A DNA stretch of 61,036 bases, counting the filler, from Sphacelaria rigidula (lineage: Eukaryota), in NCBI GenBank assembly GCA_964200075.2. It is 10 parts of 10 records of this genome, joined end to end, with 100 filler letters (N's around TTAATTAATTAA, not from the genome) between each part and the next. Parts side by side here need not be neighbours in the genome. Positions count along the whole stretch, not along the records: positions 48,911 to 54,923 come from CAXNAA020022796.1; positions 55,024 to 61,036 come from CAXNAA020022797.1; 8 more parts are not named here. One strand, written 5' to 3'. The notes beneath the pieces were generated by a model that was given only the letters and a program-made list of their open reading frames with translations, searched no databases and was not told the origin of the DNA. Below, in pieces: positions 49,438 to 61,036 of the stretch. Made by a program: the position numbers and the translations under genes. Every line of letters starts with the position of its first letter. The first letter of the stretch is position 1.

Positions 49438-50361
49438 TATTATTGAAAAGAGGGTGATGTTGATTGCACCTAGTTAGTTGACGTTTTTTTTTTTGAGGCC
49501 ATGAAAACAAACTTGCCAGGTTAACTTACCCTAAAAGTTTGTTCGTCCACACGGTTTTTACTGAGGATCGGGGGTTTGGGGTCAGGTAGTCAAGTAAACT
49601 GATCTGGGCGGGTGTGTTTTGTCGTTTGTGTGTGTCGGAACATTTTTATGGTCAAAGTAGCCTATAATGGGTAGCAAGCACACTTTTGGGAATTACTGAA
49701 CCTTGAAAATTAGGTCCCAAGAACTTACCAAGTTCGAAACACTCGGGTAAAGAGCGAGAAACAGAGGGTGCCGTCGTCATCATATGTTCATTGAAAGAGC
49801 TCGTCTGGGTGCTGCTGTGAGCAAACATGCGTGCTGTGCACGCTGGCGAGGAGATTAGTTCACCACTTGGGAGGTCGAGAAATTTCTCGGAAAATTACTA
49901 TTTTGAACAAACTACAACAATCCTAACGCTGACCCTAACAAACCTAACAACCCTAACCCCGACGAAGGCACACCGAGAACCCTCGGGCAAGGGGGGGTGC
50001 AAAGTGTTCGCTAGGCAAAGTGTGCGCGTTGCCAGGCCTCAAATCGGCGCCACAGTATCCGACTTCGACAAAAACGTGTTCTGCGCACGCCAGGAGCAAG
50101 CCCGGAGCACAGCCGCAATAAAGATTCGGATTTTGCTGTCCTCACTAAAATCGAGTCGAATTGAAAATCAACCATAGCACCCTCCCAAGTGGTGAACTAT
50201 TCTGCTGGCAAGGGCTTGGAGCTGGCTGGTAGCCCCGTCAAGATTCAAATATTAGCGCCCACGGTAAAGAAAAAAAACTACTAGAATGAGGCATGAGAGC
50301 TTTGATACTCGAACTCGCAAAAATCCATCAGACGAGCTTTCATCAGCGTGTTGTTGTTTAG

Positions 50362-50668
50362 GTTGTTCGTGACGTCTCGGGGAACCTCGTGGAATCATCA
50401 GCCCCCAGCCTTTTGTCGTGTGACCGTGGTGGTGTCTACTACATTTTAGCACCATTCATGTGTTTACTGCTGCCCCGTTCTCGTCGGAGCCCTTTTTGAG
50501 CATCTTGTATCCCCTCTTTCCCCCCCCCCCTTGTTTTCCCCGTAACCTTGCTTGTTGGACCTGTGTCCAATTCCGTAACCGACAGGGTCTTTCCGGTGGC
50601 GTCAGAGTTCGGAGCACTCGCGGCCGACTCTGTCCAACATCGACCTCGAAGTCAAGCCGAAACAGCTC
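50362..50668 (+). CDS. Two exons (50362-50428, 50586-50668) of an ABCC/MRP-type ABC transporter, start of NBD1
   Basis: Spliced peptide LLSCDRGSFRW...RPTLSNIDLEVKPKQL matches the ABCC GSFxW...PTLxNINLxVxxGxL block before Walker A. CAG acceptor, GTGAGT donor. Confidence 0.7.
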
Positions 50669-50748
50669 GTGAGTTGTACCTTTGTGTCATCTTCCATACA
50701 TAAAATATATATACATACACATTTTTTTTCGGTACATGGAAATATTGC

Positions 50749-51010
50749 GCCCCGGTGGTGTGATGGTCAAACTGTCGGTATTTGGACGGGATAACGAGGG
50801 TCCGATTCTCGGTGCGCTGCGTTTGTTTTCGTTTCATCTGATTTACACGGTGAAAGCGTGAGAACGTGAGTAAGTGAAGTAGATTATCGACTTTGTTTGG
50901 CGTGGGTTGACGCGGTGCGGGAGTGCTGACCCCATCTGCGAGACCAAAATGTAAGGCCTGTACCGGGGAGAGATGGGTTGATCCCTTGCGTCCATTAAAC
51001 CACGCACTCG
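50749..51010 (+). mobile_element. Second tRNA-headed SINE (family O), degenerate
   Basis: GCCCCGGTGGTGTGATGG (A box), GGTCCGATTC (B box-like, in a CGAGG/TCTCG stem), then the central domain shared with family B. Confidence 0.55.
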
Positions 51011-51184
51011 TTCCCGAGGGAGGGGAGATGGTTCAAAGTGCGACAAGTGAAAAAATAAAACCATGAAATGAACCATGCAAGATGCATGGGTGCATGCCAG
51101 CTTGGGGTGCGTCAGCATAGGTACTTTTGTTCGTTTGCTGTGCACGAGAATGACGCTTATCAAACGGACACCTTCAAAAACGTT

Positions 51185-51355
51185 CCCACCCTGCACAATA
51201 TATGGTCAATAGATGCAGTGGACGAGGAGTGTACTGTATGAAGTGTGGGCCTATTGCAACTGTTGCCGGGCGACAATAGTCGCAATAGGCCTATACTTTA
51301 TGCAGTACGTTTCTTGTCTACTGCAACTTTTGACCATATATTGTCCCAGGGTGTG
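51185..51355. mobile_element. Family C hairpin MITE
   Basis: TIRs, TSD AAAACGTT/AAAATGTT. Confidence 0.85.
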
Positions 51356-51685
51356 AAAATGTTACAAGTCACTGTAGCTCTTGGGTACACTGGCGCTTGA
51401 CTCTCGACATATTTTGTTTGTTTGCATGCTGAAAACGTAGCTTTGTTCACCTGCATGATGCTCATGTAGGGTTGTATTTGGAATATCATATACACTGTTC
51501 TTTTGTCGCACGCATGCGACAAGGTGTCACACCGGCCCCCCGAAGCTTACGCTGTCGCAGCCCGCGAGAGATTGATGTAGGGACTTGCCTTGCATGTTGG
51601 CCTGCTAATGCTCATCGATAACCCTTTTCGAACCGTTGATGGGAAAATGACGATTTATAATTGACGTTTTCTTGGATAAGATATA

Positions 51686-52246
51686 CTTCCTCTGTTCGGA
51701 AATATAGGCTCTCTCGGAAATATCGGGAATATAAGCTCGCTTCAGGAAGTATGCGAGTAACGCGGTTCTTGATCAGGCCACCACCGGTATGTGTTCTGCA
51801 CATCATGTGTACCATGTGCAAAAGAAAAAAACAGGGGATGACGTGATATTACCCCGAAAAAAAACACCCCCACGCAAGATAACACCCCCCCCCCAGAATG
51901 AGCTGGTTGCCGGCGTCGCTCGTTTGCTGTTGTTTGGTCGGACCACGAAAATAGTGGTTCTACGAGCTCCGCCGAGTCGGCACGAATTCCGCCGAATAAG
52001 GCGATTGAGGAAAAAAAAATCAGGGGGAAGGTCTCCAACCGGTGGTTTTCCCTCTCTTCGGCCAGGGACTCTGTGGTCACTGAGGGTATAGGTGGTGTTG
52101 TATTGTGGACTGACCAAAGACATCGGTTTTGGGGTGTTCTTCAGGTCGTCACGAAAACAACAAAAAAAAGCACAAAAAAAATCGCATTTGGGCCAAAGTT
52201 ATGCCTCTTTTTCTCTGAGAGAGCCTATATTTTCGAACAGAGGAAG
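51686..52246. mobile_element. Stowaway-like (Tc1/mariner) MITE with 30-bp TIRs
   Basis: TA|CTTCCTCTGTTCGGAAATATAGGCTCTCTC...GAGAGAGCCTATATTTTCGAACAGAGGAAG|TA. Confidence 0.9.
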
Positions 52247-53699
52247 TATATGTTTTTTTTTTTTCGCGACTGTTGATACTTTCAGCCGACCAAAACAGTG
52301 CAGCACTCTAAGGTCACGCCTACTAATGTGACAGATTCGTGCACCGATGATGAAAGCTCGCACATGAGATTTCGTACTGTTTTTCGCGAGATTCAAAAGG
52401 GTTAACACGACCCTGTACTACCAACGCGTATATCTACTCTAGACGATGTTTTCGTGACGTCGAGAATCTTGAATACGATTGAGAGTGAGAAACGGTCCAT
52501 TTATGAATGAAATAGTTTCAGTTCCGAAATGCCCCTCTGGACTTACTGTACGAGGCCCAACACATTTTCTTTAGTCGCTGGCCACTGAAGCCCTTGATAT
52601 CCCCGAGTAGGATATCGACGTGTAGCTGTCGGCACACGGCAGTGTTGAACAGGCAAAAGAAAAGCACACACAAGAGAACGAAAACTCGGCCAAGTCAAAG
52701 CGAATAATCAATTTCATTCTCAAATAGTTCACACTCGAATAATCAAATTCACTCTCAATCAACGCTAGACTCTCAACGTCACGAAAACATTGTTCATTCT
52801 CCCGCATGGTACATATCTTGACAGTCGTTTTTAATGAACATACTCCTGCTGTTAAATTGGCTAATCGAATGTGACTATTTATTAGAAAGTTCCAGAAAAC
52901 CCTTTTTTTTGTCATTTCGGATATCTCAGGATCAGAGTGTAACGGAGAACATTTCCCCCCTCCGTCGAATGTGGTATCCTATCCCTTTTTTGTTTTTGTT
53001 TTTTTTTCGTTTTTTTCGATGAAGTGTTTTTTTTCATTCTGCACTCTGATGCTGAAATCTTTGCAGTCTGAAATGACAAAAATAAGCGTTTTTTGGAAAC
53101 TCTCTATTTTGCTCCCTCGCGTCCATCTAATTACGACCCGTGCGCGAGTGGCTTGTGTTTCTGTCTACTTCCTTTTTCCATCCGACGCACATGTCGTACG
53201 CATTCTGCACAGGTCTGACAAATGAATTATTCGTATGGAAATTATTTGATTTTAGTGTAATTGATTCGTACCGTACAAATCAATCAATCGCTAGGCTTTG
53301 ATTTCAGCGTTGCAACCCGGGTACCGTACGCGCAGCCCAGGCCCGTGGAATGGCTCAAAAATTGCGTTGAGACCTTTTTGACCAGCGGTCAACTTTATTT
53401 CTCTCATTCGAGCAATCGGGCCTGAAGAATCGTGAATTTGGGGATTCGAACCGGCGATGATTCCTCCAAACCGTGGAATTCTGTACACCCAACCAGCGCG
53501 CTTTCCATCCCCGTTTTCAAAAATATTTCGCTTGCCAGTTATTTTCCAGACATGACAAGATCTGTGGTCATCGAGCTTATCACGCTTTGCACGAGGGAAA
53601 AGGATAAGAATTGGTCGAAATTTTATGTTTTTGGTCACTTCGTCTATGCGTTGATATCACATGAGGTTATCCGTCATGTCGAGTATACCGGGCATATTA

Positions 53700-54286
53700 C
53701 ACACCCTGGATGATGACTATACGTTGAATTGTCGAAAGTGCACTGCGTACAGTGTCGACTATTAACTCGGGATTTTACAAATTTGGGATAGATTACTCAT
53801 TGGGGATGAACACCCAGAAAATTCAAATATTCCTATCCACACCAAATCTTCGAAACATGATTCCATTTCTTCACTTGCTGGTAGCTATTGGCAACTACCA
53901 CACGCCGTACAAATTTGGATTCCGATAACCGAAATGTCAGGGTCCTAGGTGGAAAACCAATTTTGATCCGATCGAATAACCAAAATCGCCCACAATCGGG
54001 CCTTCACCTAGAACCCCGATATTTCGGTTATCGGAATCCAAATTTGTATGGTGTGTAGCAGTTGTCAATAGCAACCAGCAAGTGAAGAAATGGAACCATG
54101 TTTCGAAGTTTTGGTGAGGATGCGAAGGTTTTAATTCTCCGGGTTTTCATTCCCAACAAAATATCAAAATCCCCAATTTGTGAGTCCCGTGTTTATTGCG
54201 TTTATTGCAATAGACAGTATATTCTATACTGTACGCAGTACATTTTTGTTTTGACAATGCGATGTACCGTTATATTCCAGGGTGTG
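53700..54286. mobile_element. Family C MITE with a nested family D foldback
   Basis: TIRs, TSD GCATATTA/GCATATTC. Confidence 0.85.
53764..54193. mobile_element. Family D foldback MITE with 4-bp TSD TATT
   Basis: Inverted arms of about 190 bp, TATT on both flanks. Confidence 0.88.
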
Positions 54287-54419
54287 GCATATTCACACGT
54301 GTGCTTGATCCCCGCGTCGAAGGTCCGTGGCTGCGGTCTACAAGAAAACGAGGTCAGAGATGTTTTGTCTCTGTCTCGACTAACATGGCAATGCAACAAT
54401 TGCGGGCACCACACAAGGC

Positions 54420-54665
54420 AGTAGACGAGGGGAAGGGAGTGCTGAACCCCTCTCGCGATAAAAAATAAAAGGCGAGCACCGCAAAAGGAAGGAGGGTCCT
54501 CGAAACAAACAAAAACGGGAGAAGGAAAAAATAGTGCTGATTTTACTCCTGTGTGACCTCGGCCGGTGCGGTGCGCCCACATATACCGGAAGGTGTACAT
54601 AGACCGGCGTCCAGAATAGATGGGACGACAACCCATACACACACATACACAAGAACAGTCTGCGC
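54420..54665 (+). mobile_element. SINE family B, 5'-truncated, with CA-rich tail
   Basis: GACGAGGGGAAGGGAGTGCTGAACCCCTCTCGCGATAAAAAA and the tail match other copies. Confidence 0.82.
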
Positions 54666-54737
54666 AAATGTCTATATCTACATGGAATGTGGCATATCAA
54701 TATGGTCACTGAGGAGTACAACCCCCCCCGCCCCCTC

Positions 54738-54923
54738 TGGTGAGACACTCATGAGGCAGTGCATAAGCCGTGGCTGTCGCTGGAAGTGGCGATACCAGAA
54801 GTAAAGCAACTCATTGTAGGCTGTCATGGGAAGACAAGATAATCAGCAGGCTTCGGGTCAAACAATCTCAGCAGGATGCAGCTCACCCTTCATGCGGCTC
54901 GCCGAACACACCACGGCGCTTCG
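54738..54923 (+). mobile_element. Family A repeat starting after a C-run, cut by contig end
   Basis: Collinear with 38839-39026. Confidence 0.85.
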
Positions 54924-55023
54924 NNNNNNNNNNNNNNNNNNNNNNNNNNNNNNNNNNNNNNNNNNNNTTAATTAATTAANNNNNNNNNNNNNNNNNNNNN
55001 NNNNNNNNNNNNNNNNNNNNNNN

Positions 55024-58000
55024 TAGTACCATTTGCAAATCTCGGCGAAATGTGGAGTCGACTCGATGGGTTGCGTACGAATCGGACACAGGCTGTCGAG
55101 TCGATAGGAGTAAGACAGGACGGCACCACTTCGGCACTTAGCCAACACGGGACGCAGGTAATTAGTCAGGAACCTCTCCCCACTCCAGCTACCCCTACGT
55201 CACGAACGCAATCCAGCAGGAGCTCGAGTCAGCCTGCGTGGATACTGACTCAATGACTTTCGCAGGGGAAGTCATGATGACCGCCCAGGTTCAGGTACCA
55301 GATGCATTTGCTAGTCGATTCCCAGGCTGGCCCTTTGCCAACGACATTTGGCCGGAGGTGTTCAACGTGAGCACCTCCGTGAACAACCACGACCCCCCCC
55401 CTCTGGGCCCGCGACGTTGAACCCAACATCCGTAACGAGCTTATCCTTGAGTGTAAGGACAAATGCCTCAATTGCGGAATATGTTTCGATGGACAAACTG
55501 GTTCCTGCGCCGACGGCAGAGTTTCCATCCACTCCATGCGCACCTGTGAGGCACCGGTTGTGAACGCATTCGGCGTCTTAAATAACACATTCCACGATCC
55601 GCAATATGCATCGTGCTGGTCAACTTGGCAAGCACGTATGCGTTCTCACCGCCGCCCTCAATCCGGCGACACGCGTGGCCAAAACAATCGCCCTAGACGG
55701 GGTAATCGCTTTTATGGTAACAATTCCCGCTACCAAAACCCACAGTACCAAACAGCGCACAACCAGGCGCGGCCCGCTGACTCGGCGCCACGTCTAACAC
55801 AGTCTGACCCGGCGAATTCTCAACTGCAGAACCAGGTACAATCACAACACGGAAGACGACCACTGACGATTGCACCTAGTCCTATGGGTCCCCCACACCA
55901 GGAAGACGCCCAACAATCCACCGCTGATGCTCACCGCACAACCTGATCGTTTTCTGGGAACGTTTACCAAGCCCCCGCGTTTCCGAGCAGCAATCAGTGG
56001 GATAACACAGGACGTGTGGCTGATCCAAAAACCTCGGCGCCACCACCTGCCCGTTCATTTTGTACTTCTGACGACGGTTTGTTCCCCAATCGTTGGCACA
56101 ACCCCACAATTAGGAATCAACGTTCGCCGGTAACTCACCGCAGAAGTACCCAACAATTTTCTTTTGCTCGGCCAGGTCACAAACATCACACAGGTGAATC
56201 AACGGCGGCCACCGCGGGTTCAACCATGTGGTGTGGGTTCCTTGCATATGCTGACACTGTCTTGAAGGGTTCCAAGACAGTCGAAGCCCGTGCACTGTTG
56301 CATGGCTATCAATTGAGCAGTGACCAAACCCAACGTTTTAATCCTGGATTTGATCACCCAGTTTTACATTCACCAGGTACTAATCATATTCAATCGAATC
56401 CCCTCCCTTCGAAGGAGAGGAAGTCATGTAGTGCAGTTTCTAATGCATCCAGAGCCGAAATATCTCATGGTACGGTAGACACTGCCTCTTCGACCGTTCA
56501 TCGGAGAACACCAAATTCGATGCCACACACTCAAGCACCCCCTAACTGCTCAAGTACCCGGCTAACCACCCTACCGAGTTCCGCAAAACCTACGGTACCC
56601 GGTTCCCTTTTATTTGATGAGCATAATTATTCCTTGAAGGGTCGCAACCGCAAAGAACCCATGCTTTCCGTCGCTCAGCGGGTTGGAATGTAACCCCAAG
56701 TGACAGCGACTTAGGTGGTGTGCCAAGAGCGTGACCTAGGTTCGACTGTCCAAGAATTCATTTCAAAAGCTCCTGGAGCCGCTGACCCTTTCGTGCGCTA
56801 TACGCGTCACCCTAGGTGGGCTCCTCCAAATGATTATGTAGATAACCCTGATGTAGCAAGCGCTGTGAGCTCCAAGGAGAGTGCCTGTGGGCTTAGACAG
56901 ATGAAAACCTTAGAGTGGAACAGGCCGGTACTCCCCAGATTTCGGACAGATCGTTACTGCTCCCTGACCACCCCGCGTGCACTGCGTTAGAACTCATTTC
57001 CGATGAAGCGTTGCCGTCTGTAGGCACAGAGGCTTCGCCGACTCATTATGGACGTTCGCATCCTCGTCATGAAGGCACCTCAATCGTGTCTTCGTCACCT
57101 GGCAAACAAAGTGTTACGCAAGACGACTCGTCTCCTAACTCGCCCACGTTGGCCCCTTTCATAGATGCCAGGTTGAACATTACAGCTTCACCAACCCCGC
57201 GTCCTGACGAATCGTCTCCAAAACATCCCATGTTAGCCCTAACAGGTGATGGTAGTGAGTTGATTGGCGTATCAAACTCAACACCGCGCCCCGATGACTC
57301 GTCCCCTGTTCCGACCAAGCTGGATAATGTAATTGATCCCGCTTTTCACAATGACGATTCGCTCCCTCTGTTGGCCAATAAGGGTGAAAAACCACGCACA
57401 GATCAGCTGTCGGGTCCAACCACGACAATTGCCCTTCCCCGGCATCGCCCCTCCGTTGCAGTATATGATATTCAACCCTCGACTGATGAAACAAATATTC
57501 CAGGCACAAACACTGACACTCCATGCACGCATCATCCTTCCGACCAAAAGCTTGTCCCACAGGATCATCAACGGGTGTAGTGTAGCACCTTTGTTCAAAC
57601 CCCGAAGCAGGATGTGTCAGATGTCATACCAGAAATCGGACCGGATCTCGTCAGTGGTACTGCAACTGTGGATGATGCTTCTTTTACGACCAAGATAGGT
57701 TTACATAGTGGAGCGCGTGCAAGCTGTCATGTGATAGCTCTTGCACTACCAGACTCTGGTTCACCTCAAACGTTCATTACAGCCAGCTGTTGGCAACAGA
57801 TGATCAACGCGGGCGCGGCGGACAAGCATTGTCTGTCCACTGTGCACCCTCGTGGTTTTGGTGGGTTTGGTTCCTCCACATCTCTTACGGTCAATCAATC
57901 GGTGAGACTAAGTGTACAATTCTACCAGGATACTACTCCCACTACTCGGTTGTCCGTATTGGCACTAATTGTGCCCGACGGTTCCATGTCTTCTGATGTT

Positions 58001-61000
58001 TTGTTGGGTCGAGATAGTTGGCTTCGTTTTTCCACACACACGTACACTACGGACACACCTGTCCCGAAAGGTCCAGTCACAGGCAAACTGTCACTGGGTC
58101 ACTCCGACACTGATTCGGGAGCTCATGCTTATGAGGATGACCCCACGGAAACAGGTAATGCTTTCCGTCTGTACTATGTTGGTGAACCTGTACTCTCGCT
58201 TTCTCGTAAACCCCAACTTATCCAAGTGAAGCTCGTGAGACGCAATGGATCGCCCGCCCTTACGGGACATTATTTGGTCGAGTTGCTCAAACCTGACCAA
58301 GCACACGTTGGTCCGTTTGAACAGACCGAAGTCTTTGTCCACGAAGGTAGGCAGGCCATTTACCTCACGTCCCCTACATGTTTCGATATGCTCAACGGTC
58401 AGTTGTTGGGTTATGCTCAAGCGCCCCTCATACGAACCGCCCTGTCAGATGTGTGCCCCCCGGCGAACAACAACTCGCCGACCGACCCCCCCGAATCGAC
58501 GGGCCTCCCTTCGCTACACATGCCTGACCCCATGGTGGTGACGAATCCACCGGATGCGCCTGACCCTCAACCCCCAACAGCATTACTGGATATACTTTCT
58601 CCAGAACAACGCGCCAGTTTCCAAAAGGTGTGGGATGACATCCCCCCTCACTTATGGCATATTGTTTTTGATCTATCTGGCGATGGTTGGACACCCACTG
58701 TAATCGATAGCTTGAGGTCCATCTTGATTAGATATTCTGAACGGTTTTCTACTGCACCCTTGGATTTAGGTCGATGTACCACGACACCGTTTAAGATCAA
58801 GATTCCTGATGGCACTCCGCCTATCGCTATGCGTCCGTATCGTACGAACCCCCTCCTAGCGGATAAGGTCCACGTAATTCTCGATGTTTACTTATTTGCC
58901 GGTTTAATTCGGCACTCGACGTCTCCGTGGGCCTCGCCTTTAGTAGTCGTCCATGAGAAGAATGGCAAAATTAGACTGACGGTCAATTATCAACGATTGA
59001 ACGCTGTCACCGAAATCGCCCGGCTGCCACTTCCACGGATTGATGAAATTATTGACTCTCTTGGCGGGGGTAAAGTATTTTCGAACTTTAACATGCAGTC
59101 CGGCTACCACCAGCTCCTGATTGATCCAAATTCCATTGAACTGACAGCGTTTTGCACGCCATCAGGTTTGTACGAGTGGCTGGTGACACCACAAGGTGCC
59201 GCCGTAGCTCCAGGTCCGTTTCAACGTGTGATGTTCCGTGTATCTGATGGATTGCCCAAATGCCATATGTACCTTGATGATGCGGTGTGCCACGACTCCA
59301 CACCGGCTGAACACGTCGAGCAGTTGGCATCATTCTTTCAACACTTTGAACAACCCAACTTGAAACTCGCACCCTCTAAATCCCGCATTGCCGCCACGAA
59401 GATTGAGTATTGGGTCATTGCATTACCCCTGAAGGTCGTAGCCCAAACCTCGACAAGGTCGCCGCACTCTCCGACATGCCCATGCCACGGGACATTTCTC
59501 AACTGCGGTCCTTGTTGGGAGGTCTAAGCTACTACATACAGTACTTGCCAAACCTTGCCCAAACGCTAAAACCCCTCATCACCCTCCTAAAAAATGGGGT
59601 GAAATTTGTGTTCACATTGGAAATGGAAAAAACCGTCCGCCGCCTTCTTGACACCCTTTCGCGCCCGCCGATTCTCGTGTTCCCCGACTGGTCGGTCGCG
59701 GAGCAGGGTTCCCGCCCTTCCCGGCTCCACACAGATTCTTCCAAAATTTGGTTGGGCTGCACATTAGAACAGGAGAAAGTCGATGCTACTGTTCGTCCCA
59801 TTGTCTATCTGAGTCGCACCACTTTTCCGAATGAGCAGAATTGGTCTGTCATGGAACAAGAGGCCGGCGCAGTTGTTTGGGGCGTGCGACGTCTGCGTCA
59901 GTATTTGTATGACATCCTGTTTGTGATTTATACCGATCATAAGTCTTTGGAAAGCCTTGCCAAAATGGCGGAACACAACGCTAGGGTCCAACGCTGGTTC
60001 GAAATCCTGTCGTCTTACAACTTTCAACTCAAGTACCGCACAGGTCCTCAGAATGCCAACGCCGACTTTCTGTCACGCTTGCCCACACCAGCTCAACCTA
60101 TCGATGAATCCCCCATGGGACGTATCACCGATCCCAGCGAAGAAATTGTATATTTCAAAAGCAGGAATGGACATAGAGGTTTCTATACACCACTTTCACT
60201 GAGGGAAACGCCGGCTTGAGGCATGGGTGGGCTGACGACCACAGCCCACGCATCAGTCCTAGGCAGCTTGCAACCTCAATCGTTGTACTCACTTTGGAAT
60301 AGACTGTCTACGAGTACTGTTGGCTATGATCATTTTCGTGCAGCTGGCCAGCGCATGGTTTTCGCAGCAGGTGTAGAACTGTCCTTTGCTGACTCCGTCT
60401 TACCAGTTCAAGTTCGAGATTTGATTTCGAGTAGGGCTCGTGGACGGCGAACCGCCGAAACGGCCACCAAATTAGCCGTATCTGGTCCTGACCTTCCCCT
60501 CCCTGCCCCCACCCCGGTCCCCGATAGTTTCCTTGCGCCCCCGCAGCCCCCGCGACGCAAGCCCCCCCGAAACTCGACCCCGACCGTGCCGCCCCTGCCA
60601 ACCATAGCCGAAATCACAGCTGTGCCCCCCTCCCTTGGTGATGATATTGCAAACACCACCACAACACCCTCCACGCTAATCGACGCAGGAGTAGACGTTA
60701 ACGTCCCGTCTGAGAGTACACCGACTGGTAGGCTCACCCTTGATTCCGAAATCACCGCTTCGTACCAACCCCACCCCGAACCGACCCAACACAAAGTAGA
60801 CGCTTCAACAGATGGTGTATTCAAGGAACGTTTTACTCTCTTCTCCCACGCCGATTGGGCCCGGGAACAACAGGCAGAACCTGCTTGTAAATGAGTCATC
60901 CTACGGTAGGGGGGGGGGTATTTTGGGCCATTTGTTGCTCGAGATTTCCAGTCAGATCGTCGTTGAAAGAAGCAACGGCTGTTCGAACAAGCTCGTTGTG

Positions 61001-61036
61001 GATCAATATCGCTCATCGATACTGCCTGACACCGTT
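55024..61036 (+). mobile_element. Internal part of a second decayed Ty3/gypsy retrotransposon (gag end, PR, RT, RNase H, linker)
   Basis: Protease ALPDSGS...VLLGRD, RT WASPLVVV / VNYQRLN / SGYHQ / YLDD, RNase H HTDSS / EQEAGA / YTDHKSL / NADFLSR. Frameshift near 59410 and several stops. Confidence 0.96.

Overview
This window is not one locus. It is ten unrelated, size-sorted contigs (six of 6014 bp, four of 6013 bp) joined by artificial 100-bp spacers (N44-TTAATTAATTAA-N44), so nothing can be inferred across spacers. The DNA is eukaryotic, about 50% GC, intron-rich and repeat-dense. A brown alga or other stramenopile is my inference from short GT-AG exons, (AAC)n microsatellites, TTAGGG-type repeats and a heterokont-like transit-peptide end. 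It holds one decayed Ty1/copia element with its 5' LTR, two decayed Ty3/gypsy elements, more than ten short non-autonomous repeat families (many nested), and scattered host exons: leuB/IPMDH, a class-1 release factor, a DEAH-box helicase, an ABCC transporter, a Myb-like protein and a membrane protein. Three observations stand out. (1) An abundant TIR-less element has one fixed end, ATGAGTAC-poly(C), and repeatedly sits in C/G homopolymer runs. (2) A 211-bp TGT...ACA element carries telomeric repeats, and one copy sits in frame inside the copia pol ORF. (3) Two tRNA-headed SINE families share a conserved central domain. I found no CRISPR array, rRNA or intact tRNA gene. All alignments were done by eye, family letters are my own labels, and repeat boundaries without a stated TSD are approximate.
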